From NCBI GenBank assembly GCA_943788915.1, contig CALSSD010000005.1, positions 620,001 through 684,000 of the forward strand: a stretch of DNA of 64,000 bases, given 5' to 3'. Below are positions 1 to 9,983 of this stretch, in pieces. Every line of letters starts with the position of its first letter. Positions within the stretch are counted from its first letter, which is position 1. The position numbers and the translations under genes were made by a program. The notes beneath the pieces were generated by a model. The model was not told where the DNA came from and searched no databases. It saw only the letters and a program-made list of their open reading frames with translations. The stretch comes from an uncultured Acidimicrobiales bacterium. Lineage in GTDB: Bacteria; Actinomycetota; Acidimicrobiia; Acidimicrobiales; UBA10347.

Positions 1-137
1 ACACCAGCGAGTTGGGTCGGATGGAGTACGGCGTGCTTACCGCCCAACGAGGCTGGGCCCCCAAGGACCAGGTCATCAACACCTGGGACCAGGATCGGTT
101 CCTGGCTTGGGTCGCCAGCCATCGAACAGCTGACTGA
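1..137 (+). CDS. 3' end of a PHP-domain protein, probably DNA polymerase/3'-5' exonuclease PolX (partial)
   Basis: Frame 3 reads TSELGRMEYGVLTAQRGWAPKDQVINTWDQDRFLAWV..., matching the YGVxxAxRGW...VINT ending of PolX/PHP proteins; TGA at 135-137. Confidence 0.7.
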   Translation, partial: TSELGRMEYGVLTAQRGWAPKDQVINTWDQDRFLAWVASHRTAD

Positions 138-167
138 AATGTTACGTCCCCTGGGGACGTAACATTT
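137..167. repeat. Perfect palindrome, family copy 1 (AAATGTTACGTCCCC-T-GGGGACGTAACATTT)
   Basis: 15-bp perfect arms around a single T, between convergent genes. Confidence 0.9.
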
Positions 168-202
168 GGCCTGATGTCAGATCCGCTACGACGCAGCCGT
201 CG

Positions 203-1282
203 CTATGGAGATGTAACCTCGGCGAGTGTTGCGAGGAAACGGTCGTTTTCTTCGGGGGTGCCGATGGTGACGCGAATGCCTTCGCCTGCGAACGGTCGAG
301 TGACAACACCGCGCTTTTCGATTTCGACGTAGACATCCTGCGTTCGCTCACCCAGCGGTAGGTACACGAAGTTGGCCTGAGCATCGGGCAACTGCCATCC
401 AGCCGCGGTCAGGGCCGCTACGACGCGGCCTCGTTCCTCGCGCAACCCAGCCAGAAATGGCTCATACTCGTCGAGCGCCGCCAGCGCCGCGAGCGCAGCC
501 GCTTGAGCGATGCCATTCACAGCGAATGGGACGAGCACCTTGTTGACCTCGTCGACGATGGCGGGTGCGGCCACGAGATACCCCACGCGCACCCCGGCCA
601 GCCCATAGGCCTTCGAGAAGGTGCGACTGACAACCACGTTTTGGTGATCGGCCAACAACGAAACCGGGTTGCCAAAACTTGGATCCAAGAATTCGCGGTA
701 AGCCTCGTCGACGAGCACGATTACATGATCGGGTACCTTCGCCAACATCGCACGCAACGCATCGACGCTGAGCGCAGTGCCGGTCGGATTATTTGGCGTG
801 GCCAGCATGATGATCTTTGTTCGCTCATCGACCGCTGCCGCCACTGCGTCGAGGTCGAAGGCATGGTCCACCAGCGGAACCTGACGAGACTCTGCGCCCA
901 TCATCTGCACGTTGACCGGATAGGCCTCGAACGAGCGCCACGGGTAGACGACATTGTCGCCCGGGTCGAGATATGCCAGGCACAGTTGCTGGAGCAGCCC
1001 AACGGACCCGCAACCAACGGCCACATGATCAAGGTCCGTGCCGACCATGGCCCCAATAGCGGTGCGTAGTTCGATGGCCAGATGGTCGCAATAACGGTTT
1101 ACTCCGGCCGCGGCTTCGGTCATCGCGGCAATGACCGATGGCACCGGCGGATACGGATTCTCGTTCGATGCCAACTTGATGGCGTTCTCGATGCCGTGTT
1201 CTTCCTCGGCCTGTTCCGCAGCCTTGCCAGGACGGTACGCGGGCATGGCCTGCACTGCTGGCCGGACGCCTCCGATACTCAT
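203..1282 (-). CDS. hisC: Histidinol-phosphate / aromatic aminotransferase (class I/II PLP)
   Basis: KLASNENP, PNNPTG, DEAY and RTFSKAYGLAGVRVGY motifs; could be the Pat paralogue. Confidence 0.85.
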   Translation of the reverse strand: MSIGGVRPAVQAMPAYRPGKAAEQAEEEHGIENAIKLASNENPYPPVPSVIAAMTEAAAGVNRYCDHLAIELRTAIGAMVGTDLDHVAVGCGSVGLLQQLCLAYLDPGDNVVYPWRSFEAYPVNVQMMGAESRQVPLVDHAFDLDAVAAAVDERTKIIMLATPNNPTGTALSVDALRAMLAKVPDHVIVLVDEAYREFLDPSFGNPVSLLADHQNVVVSRTFSKAYGLAGVRVGYLVAAPAIVDEVNKVLVPFAVNGIAQAAALAALAALDEYEPFLAGLREERGRVVAALTAAGWQLPDAQANFVYLPLGERTQDVYVEIEKRGVVTRPFAGEGIRVTIGTPEENDRFLATLAEVTSP

Positions 1283-1423
1283 GAACGTGCTCCTGTCTGC
1301 GCGGCCGACTGGCCTCGATCGTCTCCGCGAACCTAGCCGAGGACGTGCCCGAATGAACAGGTGCCCTTGAGGTCATGCGGAGGATGGGCAGCCAGTGTCT
1401 CGCAGGCAGACGTGTTGGCTTCG

Positions 1424-1924
1424 TTAGTTAGCTGGGGGGCGGTAGAAGATCGCGAGTTGGGCGATGCCAGCGGCGATACCGCCGCCTGCGGCTAGGACCA
1501 GGCCGGCCCAGCCGTCGAGGTCACGATCAATACCGATCGCGTTGTCGAGCGACCATTCGCCCGGGCCGAGCATGGCGATGCCGATGGCGGCGACTGCCAA
1601 GATGAAGGTGTACTCCCAGCCCCCGCTCACGATGAAGAAACCTTCAGCTCGGTGCACGGTGTAACCAGCAACCAGCATGACCCCCACAAAACCCATGGCC
1701 GAGAAGGTTGTCAGGAGGCCGACGGCCAATCCGACGCCAGCCAAGATCTCGGTGCCGGCTGCCAAACGAGCATGCACTGCTCCTGGTTTCATGCCGATGG
1801 AGTCAAACCAACGGGCGGTTCCATCTAACTTGCCGCCTTTAAATACCTTGGCATAACCGTGAGCGGCCATCGTCAGGCCAAAGGCCACCCGCAAGAGCAA
1901 CATTGCTGCGTTGTACTGGTCCAT
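1424..1924 (-). CDS. DoxX family membrane protein
   Basis: LLLRVAFGLTMAAHG...GWEY...GPGEWSLD pattern. Confidence 0.85.
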   Translation of the reverse strand: MDQYNAAMLLLRVAFGLTMAAHGYAKVFKGGKLDGTARWFDSIGMKPGAVHARLAAGTEILAGVGLAVGLLTTFSAMGFVGVMLVAGYTVHRAEGFFIVSGGWEYTFILAVAAIGIAMLGPGEWSLDNAIGIDRDLDGWAGLVLAAGGGIAAGIAQLAIFYRPPAN

Positions 1925-1990
1925 GCCTGGACCTTAGGACTTCGAACACCTACCGCCCCGTATTGGCTACGTAGCCGTAACCTAAGACCC

Positions 1991-2245
1991 GTGGGAACGG
2001 TCATCAATATCGTTATCGCTGCTGGTGTGTTTTACTTCATCATGAAGACGGGCTTGAAGCTGCTTGGTGGTTTCTCGCAGCCCATGGCTGAGCCACCACC
2101 ACCCGGCGAGATGCGCAAGGTCAAGTTGAACTACCGCTGCGATATCTGTGGTTCTGAAGCTCGCATGACGTTGGCACTCGACGAGCAGCCGCCTGCACCG
2201 CGCCATTGCCTCGAAGACATGATTCTGATCACACCTGTCGAGTAA
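1991..2245 (+). CDS. Small membrane-anchored protein with a C-terminal CxxC...HC Zn-ribbon-like motif
   Basis: GTG at 1991; N-terminal hydrophobic helix, PPPPGE linker, YRCDICG...PRHC. Confidence 0.65.
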   Translation: MGTVINIVIAAGVFYFIMKTGLKLLGGFSQPMAEPPPPGEMRKVKLNYRCDICGSEARMTLALDEQPPAPRHCLEDMILITPVE

Positions 2246-2248
2246 ATC

Positions 2249-2283
2249 GAATTGTTATGTTCCCCTGGGGAACATAACAATTC
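2249..2283. repeat. Perfect palindrome, family copy 2 (GAATTGTTATGTTCCCC-T-GGGGAACATAACAATTC)
   Basis: 17-bp perfect arms; fills almost the whole gap between convergent stops; may act as a bidirectional terminator. Confidence 0.9.
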
Positions 2284-2286
2284 AGA

Positions 2287-2577
2287 TCAGTGGAACTGGG
2301 TGGCGGTGACAATGCCGCCCAGGATGAGTCCGAGGCCACCGAGTAGGTACCAGTTGCTGGTGCCACCAGGTACCCAGCCCATGTAATTCATGATGATCAT
2401 GAGCGCGCCAGCGATGAGCAAGCCGAACATCAGCACCGGGACCCAGACCGGGCTGACCTTGCCCGGAACGTATCCCGAGCTGTACGGCTGCTGCACTGGA
2501 GCCTGAGCGCCCTTGGGTTGAGTTCCCTTAGCGGTAACTCGACCACCCTGGACTTTACGTTTTTGTGGGCTTGCCAT
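2287..2577 (-). CDS. crgA: Cell division protein CrgA
   Basis: SPVWVPVLMFGL...NW...G two-TM pattern; syntenic with trpG-pknB. Confidence 0.85.
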   Translation of the reverse strand: MASPQKRKVQGGRVTAKGTQPKGAQAPVQQPYSSGYVPGKVSPVWVPVLMFGLLIAGALMIIMNYMGWVPGGTSNWYLLGGLGLILGGIVTATQFH

Positions 2578-2819
2578 ACCGATAGGTTAGTCAAACCAGA
2601 GCGCCACGAAACGCACGTGGTGCGTTTCCTACTTGACGTTGATGTATCGCCTAGCCGTGGGGGTCGCTGGCCACGACTGACAAACAGCTACTCCTCGGGC
2701 CGAAATAGCCGATTGGAGAACGACGTCGGTGGTGCTCAGGGCCGTCGTTGGCGCTCAGGACCGTCGGGACGCACCAAGTATTCAGGGGACGTGCCTCTTC
2801 GGCCAATTACAGTGATGTT

Positions 2820-3468
2820 ATGGCTCCACGCGTGGTCGTAATCGACAACTACGACTCGTTCGTTTACATCCTCGTGCAGTACCTGGGCGAGCTTGGTGCC
2901 GACATTCATATTCACCGTAACGACGAAATCACCGTTGACGAAATTGCTGCACTGGAACCCGATGCCATCCTGGTTAGCCCCGGCCCGGGTACGCCTGACG
3001 ACGCTGGTATCTCGCTGCAGGTGATCCAGGAACTCGGGTCAACCATCCCGGTGCTCGGCGTCTGCCTCGGCCATCAATCCATCGGCCAGGTCTTCGGCGG
3101 TGATGTGGTGCGAGCACCCACGGTGATGCATGGAAAAACATCAACCGTCACTCACAATGGGCGGGGCGTCTTTACTGGCCTCGACCCGGAACTGACTGTG
3201 ACCAGGTACCACTCGCTCGTTGTCGAGCCACGTTCGATTCCCGACGTGCTCGAGGTCACTGCCACCAGCCAAGACGGCGTCATTATGGGCCTTCGCCACC
3301 GCGACTTCCCCATCGAAGGCGTGCAGTTCCACCCTGAGTCAGTCCTGACAGACTCGGGCCATCAGATGCTCACCAACTTCTTGGCTATGAGCAAACGTTG
3401 GGCCGAGACGGGCACGCCAGCAGCCACCACAACCAACCACCGCGACAGGTGCGGTCGTCAGCGAATAG
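2820..3468 (+). CDS. trpG: Anthranilate/aminodeoxychorismate synthase glutamine amidotransferase (probable 1-nt indel near 3435; as read the ORF runs to 3569 into pknB)
   Basis: IDNYDSF, SPGPGTP, GVCLGHQ, RYHSL and GVQFHPES motifs. Confidence 0.9.
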
Positions 3469-5487
3469 TCAGCCGTCGAAGTCGTCGTCCTGGCCCTGGC
3501 CCTGGCCGAAGGCGCCAGCGCCCGGATCAAATCCGCCGTTGCCAGCCTCGGGGCTCAACAATCCGGTGAATACCTGAAGCTGTTGGCCAGGAACAACCAC
3601 CGAGTTGGGGCCGGGGATCGTGTCAACGACCTTGCCCACCAGGTCTGGGTTCGTGACGAACTGGCCCAATTCAGTGGCGATCAAACCAAGCGAATCGATT
3701 TCGATGAACGCCTGGCCCTTGTCCATGCCAATGAACGATGGCAGGATCAGATCCTCGGGTCCTTGGCTCAGCACCACGGTGATCTCACTACCGGGTTTGG
3801 CGTCTTCACCTGCTTCGGGAATGGTGCCGATCACAAGGTCACGTTCGATCTCGTCGTCGAACTCCAGCTCGAATTGATCGAGCACAACGAATCCTTCGGC
3901 CTCGAGTGACACCCGCGCAGCCGCCGGTTCTTGACCTCGCACGTCGGGAACAGGGAGTTCTTCGGTGCCAATCGATACCTGGTAGACCACCACAGATCCC
4001 GGATCTGCCAGCGAGCCGGCGGCTGGTTCTTGACCAACGACTTCGCCCTCGGGTGCCAGATCGCTGGTGACCGTTTGACGCGATGGTTCAAACCCGGCCC
4101 GGGTGATTGCCTGGAGTGCCTCATTCTCGGTCATGGTCAGCACTGAGGGCACCGACTTCACGTTGGCGCCTGAACTCACGAACATCGTGACCGTGGAACC
4201 CAGGGTAAGCACGGAGTTCGCGGGCGGGTCGGTCCGGATGACCTGGCCGACCGGAATCGAGTTATCAGCGGTTGCGACCGTGGCGACAACAAGTTGCAGC
4301 CCCTCGAGGGTGCTGCGAGCGTCGGACTCGACGCGGCCACCGACCGACGGCACAACGGCGGTTTGAGCAGCGACTGTGGTGGGTAGCCCGGTGCCATCGT
4401 CGGCAGTGTCCAGTCGATCCTGCAACAGGATCAAAAAACCGGCCAAGATCAACCCAGCCATGAGAACACCAAAGACGATTAACCCGCCACGACGGCGGGG
4501 AGGCTCTTGGTACGCGGCCGGCAGCGGTTGGGCCTGGCGACGCTGGGAAGGAACAGCAGTAGTGGCGCCGATGGGCACACCTGGCATCGGGGCACCATTA
4601 CCCGGGCCTGCCATGTGAGCCGGTGGCATGACGGCGGCGGCAGCGATTGCCTGACCCTGACGGAAACGATCCAGGTCAGCGACCAGCGCTTCGGCCGACG
4701 GGTATCGGTTGTCGGGATTCTTCGACAACAGCTTCATGGTTATCGCGGCGAGCGCCGGTGGAATATCGACGCCATGTTCGGTGACCGGCACGACCGGCTC
4801 TTGTACATGTTTGTACGCGATCGACACCGGGGTTTCGCCGGTGAACGGTGGTCGGCCAACAAGCATTTCGTACAGCAGCACACCAAGCGAATACAGATCG
4901 CTGCGGTGATCGACCTTGTGGCCCTGAGCTTGCTCGGGTGAGAAGTAGGTGGCCGTGCCCATCACCGCACCCGTTTGGGTCAGACTGGCGTCGGCATTCG
5001 CTGTCAGGGCGGTGGCAATACCAAAGTCCGCGACCTTCATTTCGCCCTTGGGTGAAACGAGCACGTTGCCAGGTTTAACGTCGCGATGCACAACTCCGCC
5101 CTCGTGGGCAAAGCCGAGCGCGCCAGCGACATCGAGTGCCACCCGGGTGACCTGTTCGACCGTCAGGCTGCCGTCGCGACGGAGAATCTGGGCCAGGCTC
5201 TGGCCTTCGACATACTCCATCACGATGTAATACGTGCCGAGTTCTTCGCCCCAGTCATAGATCGAGACGATGTTCGGGTGATTCAAATTCGCCGCCGCCT
5301 GGGCTTCTCGACGGAACCGCTCGACGAACGTCGGATCGGTTGCGTATTCAGGAAACAGGACCTTGACTGCGACAGGACGTCCGAGCAATTGGTCGCGCGC
5401 AAGAAACACGTCGGCCATCCCACCGCGGGCCAACCTGCGATGCAGCTCGTATCGGCCACCAAAGGTGGTGGGGCTCTCCTCGGACAT
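3469..5487 (-). CDS. pknB: Ser/Thr protein kinase with TM and PASTA repeats
   Basis: GGMADV, AVK, HRDVKPGN, DFG and GTATYFSPEQ motifs, TM, then PASTA repeats (VPSV, VPDV). Confidence 0.95.
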   Translation of the reverse strand: MSEESPTTFGGRYELHRRLARGGMADVFLARDQLLGRPVAVKVLFPEYATDPTFVERFRREAQAAANLNHPNIVSIYDWGEELGTYYIVMEYVEGQSLAQILRRDGSLTVEQVTRVALDVAGALGFAHEGGVVHRDVKPGNVLVSPKGEMKVADFGIATALTANADASLTQTGAVMGTATYFSPEQAQGHKVDHRSDLYSLGVLLYEMLVGRPPFTGETPVSIAYKHVQEPVVPVTEHGVDIPPALAAITMKLLSKNPDNRYPSAEALVADLDRFRQGQAIAAAAVMPPAHMAGPGNGAPMPGVPIGATTAVPSQRRQAQPLPAAYQEPPRRRGGLIVFGVLMAGLILAGFLILLQDRLDTADDGTGLPTTVAAQTAVVPSVGGRVESDARSTLEGLQLVVATVATADNSIPVGQVIRTDPPANSVLTLGSTVTMFVSSGANVKSVPSVLTMTENEALQAITRAGFEPSRQTVTSDLAPEGEVVGQEPAAGSLADPGSVVVYQVSIGTEELPVPDVRGQEPAAARVSLEAEGFVVLDQFELEFDDEIERDLVIGTIPEAGEDAKPGSEITVVLSQGPEDLILPSFIGMDKGQAFIEIDSLGLIATELGQFVTNPDLVGKVVDTIPGPNSVVVPGQQLQVFTGLLSPEAGNGGFDPGAGAFGQGQGQDDDFDG

Positions 5488-5677
5488 TCTCAGCAATGTT
5501 ACGTGTGTCAACCGTGAGAATCTCGGCATGGGGGATTGGACCCCAAGGAATTCCGGTCGTTCAAATCGGCCGTAGACCCGAGTTTCTTGGTCTGAGCCCT
5601 CGAAATCGTCCTAGATCAGCCATCGTGACCCACACATGCAGCCGAAATCACGACCCAGAAACACCCTGCAAACGGCG

Positions 5678-7189
5678 TCAGCCGAAGTGCGTGTCGATCA
5701 ACGAGGCCGCGATTGGGCCAGCTACCGCACCACCGGTTTGTTGGCCTTGTCCCGGGACCGCTTCGACGATTACTGCAAGCGCGAATTCAGGTTCGCCACC
5801 ACTGGGCCCAGCGAAGGCGATCACCCATGCGTGGGTGTCTTCGGCGCCTGAGAACGTGTCGATTTCGGCGGTACCCGTCTTGGCACCGACCGTCAAGTTG
5901 TTCCGAGCCAGTGACTGCGCCGACCCGGTTTCGACCACACCAACCATCATGGCTTCAGTCGCTGCTGCGACTTCGGGCACGACCGCTTGACGCCACAGTT
6001 GGGCCTCGACCCGGGCCAATAACTCGCCGTCGTTTGAGTCGGTCACTCGGTCGACGACGTGGGGCTGCATGATGTCGCCGCGGTTTGCAATGCCAGCAGC
6101 GACAAGCGCCATTTGTAATGGCGTTGCTCGCACGTCGAACTGACCAATGGAGGCTTGGGCCAAAAGCGCCGAACCCTCGACGATCGGAGCGGGCGGGGTC
6201 TGCTCACTTTGCCCGAGCTGGATGCCGTAGTCATCGGGGAATCGAGAATTCGCGGTGAGTGGGATATCAAATGGTGGAGCGTCGTTGAACCCGAAACGTT
6301 CTGCGGTCGCAACCAGAGGCGCAGGCCCCAAGTATTCGGCACCCAATTCAGCGAACGTGGTGTTACATGATCGGGCCAACGACTGTGCCAGGTTGCCGCC
6401 ACACAGGCTGCCTTCAAAGTTCTGGAGCGAGACCTCGGTCAACGGCAGCTGGTAGCTCACCACCTCAGGAAACACTGGCGCCGTCGTCGTAACCACACCG
6501 TTCTCTAACCCCGAAGCGGCAGTGATGACCTTGAAGGTCGAACCGGGCGGAAATACCTGGCGATGGGCACTCGTGAGCAGGGGCTCACCGTCGGCATTGT
6601 CCAATGCATCCTTGGACACTCGAGCAGCATCGAGATCGGTAGTACTGATCGTGTTCGGGTCAAAGGTTGGCCAGCTGTAGAACGCCAACACTGCACCCGT
6701 CTGGGGATCGAGCGCTACGACCGACCCCCGGCGATTGCCCAACGCGTTCGCGGCGGCCCGCTGCAGTTCGCTATCAAGGGTGAGTGTCACGTCGGCGCTT
6801 ATGTCGCCGTCGCCGAAGAAGTCGAAGAACGACTCGAACCGTTGGGTAGCGCTGTGCCCAGCGAGCTCGTCGTTGTAGCTGCGTTCGATGCCTGTCGCAC
6901 CAAACTCGAACGAGAAGTAGCCGGTCACATGTGAATACAGAGGTCCGTCGGGATACAGGCGCTCACGGTCGAAGCGGCCTCCGCTCTCGACTGATTCGGC
7001 GATCACCACCCCGTCGGCCGTCACGATGTTGCCTCGACGCTGCCCGAAATCTCGCACGACTCGGCGAGTATTCAACGGGTCAGCGGTGAGCTGCTCGGCA
7101 TCGAACACCTGCACCCAATTCAGCCGGGCAAAGAGCAGCACAAACAACACCAACATGGCCACGCCAAGTTGTCGGATCTGTTGGTTCAT
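5678..7189 (-). CDS. pbpA: Class B penicillin-binding protein PbpA
   Basis: STFK, SCN and KTG motifs; 4-nt overlap with rodA. Confidence 0.92.
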   Translation of the reverse strand: MNQQIRQLGVAMLVLFVLLFARLNWVQVFDAEQLTADPLNTRRVVRDFGQRRGNIVTADGVVIAESVESGGRFDRERLYPDGPLYSHVTGYFSFEFGATGIERSYNDELAGHSATQRFESFFDFFGDGDISADVTLTLDSELQRAAANALGNRRGSVVALDPQTGAVLAFYSWPTFDPNTISTTDLDAARVSKDALDNADGEPLLTSAHRQVFPPGSTFKVITAASGLENGVVTTTAPVFPEVVSYQLPLTEVSLQNFEGSLCGGNLAQSLARSCNTTFAELGAEYLGPAPLVATAERFGFNDAPPFDIPLTANSRFPDDYGIQLGQSEQTPPAPIVEGSALLAQASIGQFDVRATPLQMALVAAGIANRGDIMQPHVVDRVTDSNDGELLARVEAQLWRQAVVPEVAAATEAMMVGVVETGSAQSLARNNLTVGAKTGTAEIDTFSGAEDTHAWVIAFAGPSGGEPEFALAVIVEAVPGQGQQTGGAVAGPIAASLIDTHFG

Positions 7190-8529
7190 GATGTGCCCGC
7201 AGCAACCCGCGGCCGTCGGCGTCCGGGTGTTGGCGCATCAGCCGGTCGGTTCGTTTGTTCATCGCTGATCCGCACGATGATCGCCAAGATGGCGTAGTTG
7301 GCAAGCAATGACGAACCGCCGTAGCTCACGAACGGCAGCGTCACACCGGTGAGCGGCAAGACCCGGGTCACGCCGGCAATGATGATGAATGCCTGCACCC
7401 CAAGTAGTCCAGTGAGACCGGTGGCAAGCAGCTTGGAGAACGGACGGCGGGCACCAAGTGCGGCCCGAAGCCCGGAGCCGATCATGAGCACGAACGCCAT
7501 GAGTAGCGCGGTGGCACCCAAGAGCCCGAGTTCTTCGCCGATGGTTGCGAAGATGAAGTCCGTCTCTGCTGCCGGGACACGCTGGGGGTAACCGCGGCCT
7601 GGCCCAGTGCCAGTGATGCCACCGCTGGCTAGGCCGAACTGGGCCTCGATGACTTGGTAGCCGCCACCGAGCGGATCTTCCCACGGGTTCAACCACGACG
7701 AAACACGTGTCTGTACATGGCTGAACTGAGTCCACGCAACGTAGGCACCACCCATGAACAGCACCATGCCGGCCAGCAAATAGGCCAGACGTTCGGTCGA
7801 AACCCACAACATGATCAGGAACAGCATGAAGAACAGCAACGACGTGCCCAGGTCCTTCTGCGAGATCATGACCAGCAAGGACACGCCCCATGCCAGGAGT
7901 ACCGGTGCTGCATGTTTTGGTTCGGGCAGCCGGAGTGGGCCCACGCGCCAGGTGCCGGCACGGAACAGTTCGCGTTTGTCGACCAAATAACTCGCAAAAA
8001 AGATGGCCAGAGCCAGTTTGGCGAACTCTCCTGGCTGGAAGTTGACCGGGCCAATGCTCACCCAAATTCGGGACCCATTGATGGTCTGGCCAATAACTGG
8101 CATGAGCGGTAGCACCAGCAGGCCCAGCCCGATCAGCAGCAAGATATACCGGAACTGCTCAAGGTCACGGCTTCGTCGGACCACCAACAACGTGGCGCAA
8201 TAGAGCGCGACGCCCAGGAATGTCCACACCGCTTGTTGCGCCGCCAGTTCATCATTCAGCCGAGCGATAAAGACATAGCCCAGGCCATTGAGCAGTCCGG
8301 CCAGCGGCAGAAGTAGACCATCGGCTTCGGGGGCCAAGAACCGGGTCGCGACGTGGGCTGCGAAGAAAAGGCCGAGCACGACAATCAGGAACGGCAACAC
8401 GTTTGCGGGAATCGACGACAGCCGCCCCACGGCTGCAAGCACATAGGCCGCGGTGGTGACGACACCGCTCAAGATGATGAGGACGAGCTCGCTATTTCGG
8501 CGATGCCGTCCGACGAAGAATGCCTTCAT
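7186..8529 (-). CDS. rodA: SEDS family protein RodA/FtsW
   Basis: FQPGEFAK, DLGT, TDFIF and PLTGVTLPFVSYGGSS motifs. Confidence 0.93.
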   Translation of the reverse strand: MKAFFVGRHRRNSELVLIILSGVVTTAAYVLAAVGRLSSIPANVLPFLIVVLGLFFAAHVATRFLAPEADGLLLPLAGLLNGLGYVFIARLNDELAAQQAVWTFLGVALYCATLLVVRRSRDLEQFRYILLLIGLGLLVLPLMPVIGQTINGSRIWVSIGPVNFQPGEFAKLALAIFFASYLVDKRELFRAGTWRVGPLRLPEPKHAAPVLLAWGVSLLVMISQKDLGTSLLFFMLFLIMLWVSTERLAYLLAGMVLFMGGAYVAWTQFSHVQTRVSSWLNPWEDPLGGGYQVIEAQFGLASGGITGTGPGRGYPQRVPAAETDFIFATIGEELGLLGATALLMAFVLMIGSGLRAALGARRPFSKLLATGLTGLLGVQAFIIIAGVTRVLPLTGVTLPFVSYGGSSLLANYAILAIIVRISDEQTNRPADAPTPGRRRPRVAAGTS

Positions 8530-8544
8530 GGACGAGGAGTCGTC

Positions 8545-9426
8545 CTACCGGCGCCAAGACCAGCGTTGTTTGGGAACGGCGGCCTCGACAGCATCATCCT
8601 CGGCTTTGTCCTCGATGATGATCGCCTCTTGTTCATTGGTTGGGTCACCCTCGTCAACAACAGCAAGGCTTGCAAGAGCTTGGGCCTTGGACGGCATCGA
8701 GGCATCTTCCGCAGCAACAACATCGGCAATCACCGTGGTGATGTTGTCATGGCCGCCGCCCTCGTTGGCCGCGGCAATGAGCTTTTGGGTCGCGACCTCG
8801 GGATCTGCCTCGGTAGCCAGGATGGTCGCAATGGTGTTCGCGTCGACCTCGTTGAACAGCCCATCGCTGCACAGCAGGTAACGATCGCCGATCTTGGGGA
8901 CAAAATGAAACGAGTCGACCTCGACGTGTTCGATCACACCAAGCGCTCGGGTCACGATGTTGCGTTGTGGATGCACTTTGGCTTCGGCAGCGGTGATGCG
9001 GCCCTCGCGCACAAGCGCTTCGACCAGGCTGTGATCTTCGGTGAGTTGCTCAAGCACATTGCCGGTAAGCCGGTACATACGGCTGTCGCCAACATTGATT
9101 GCGCCCAGTGCCACACCATCGGCGACGTCGATTAAGCCAAGTGCAACCACGGTGGTGCCCATGCCATGCAGTTTGGGGTCGGCTGCCGCCTCGTCGAGAA
9201 TGCGCCGATTCGCGTGTCCGACACCGGTCACCAGCGCATCAAGTTCAGGGGCATCGAAGCGACTGATCATCTCTTTGGCGGCAATCGCGCTGGCGACTTC
9301 GCCACCACGATGACCACCCATACCATCGGCAACCACTGCCACTCCGGGCGCGGTTGCATAACTGTCCTGATTGACTTGGCGAGTCACACCAACATGGGTG
9401 CCTGCTGCCATACGAAGACCGAACAT
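8545..9426 (-). CDS. pstP: PP2C-family Ser/Thr phosphatase (no TM segment)
   Basis: RQVNQD, VADGMGG, NVGDSR, CSDGL and GGHDNIT motifs. Confidence 0.92.
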   Translation of the reverse strand: MFGLRMAAGTHVGVTRQVNQDSYATAPGVAVVADGMGGHRGGEVASAIAAKEMISRFDAPELDALVTGVGHANRRILDEAAADPKLHGMGTTVVALGLIDVADGVALGAINVGDSRMYRLTGNVLEQLTEDHSLVEALVREGRITAAEAKVHPQRNIVTRALGVIEHVEVDSFHFVPKIGDRYLLCSDGLFNEVDANTIATILATEADPEVATQKLIAAANEGGGHDNITTVIADVVAAEDASMPSKAQALASLAVVDEGDPTNEQEAIIIEDKAEDDAVEAAVPKQRWSWRR

Positions 9427-9944
9427 TATGAGAACTCCATGCTGGTCGCACCGAACTGCAACACGTCGCCGGGCACCAACGCGGTGGTTGCGATGATTGC
9501 TTGACCGTTCAAGGTGCTTCCGTTTCGCGACGACAAGTCTTCGACAAAGTACGTGCCATTGGTCAAGAAGATGCGGGCATGCACGGTGGACACATAGGTG
9601 TCGTTGAGGACCAGCCCATTTGTATCAGCTCGCCCGAGCGTGATCTGACTGCCGAGTGGATACACGACGCCGGTGTCCAAGAACCGAAGCTGACCGACTG
9701 CCTGGGTGGTGACCACCGCCACGGCTGCAGCTTGGCCCGCATTGGCGGGCGGGGTCGGGGCAAGCGGTGCTCGTCGAGCAGTTGTGCGAACCGAGGCCGC
9801 CGTCGGATCCAGGTCACGACGTTTGCGAGCAACCGTGCGGGGGTCGCGCAACTCGCTGAACACGGACCACAGGACGCGAACGAAGAACAAATAGAGACCA
9901 GCCAACAGCATGATCTTCATCACGTTTAGGAGCGGTTCAGACAC
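9426..9944 (-). CDS. fhaB: Membrane-anchored FHA protein
   Basis: N-terminal TM, then GR...S..HA...DLSSRNGS FHA motif; synteny. Confidence 0.88.
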   Translation of the reverse strand: MSEPLLNVMKIMLLAGLYLFFVRVLWSVFSELRDPRTVARKRRDLDPTAASVRTTARRAPLAPTPPANAGQAAAVAVVTTQAVGQLRFLDTGVVYPLGSQITLGRADTNGLVLNDTYVSTVHARIFLTNGTYFVEDLSSRNGSTLNGQAIIATTALVPGDVLQFGATSMEFS

Positions 9945-9983
9945 GGACCCGAAATCGTAGTTCGGCTGAAACAGGGGCCATGG

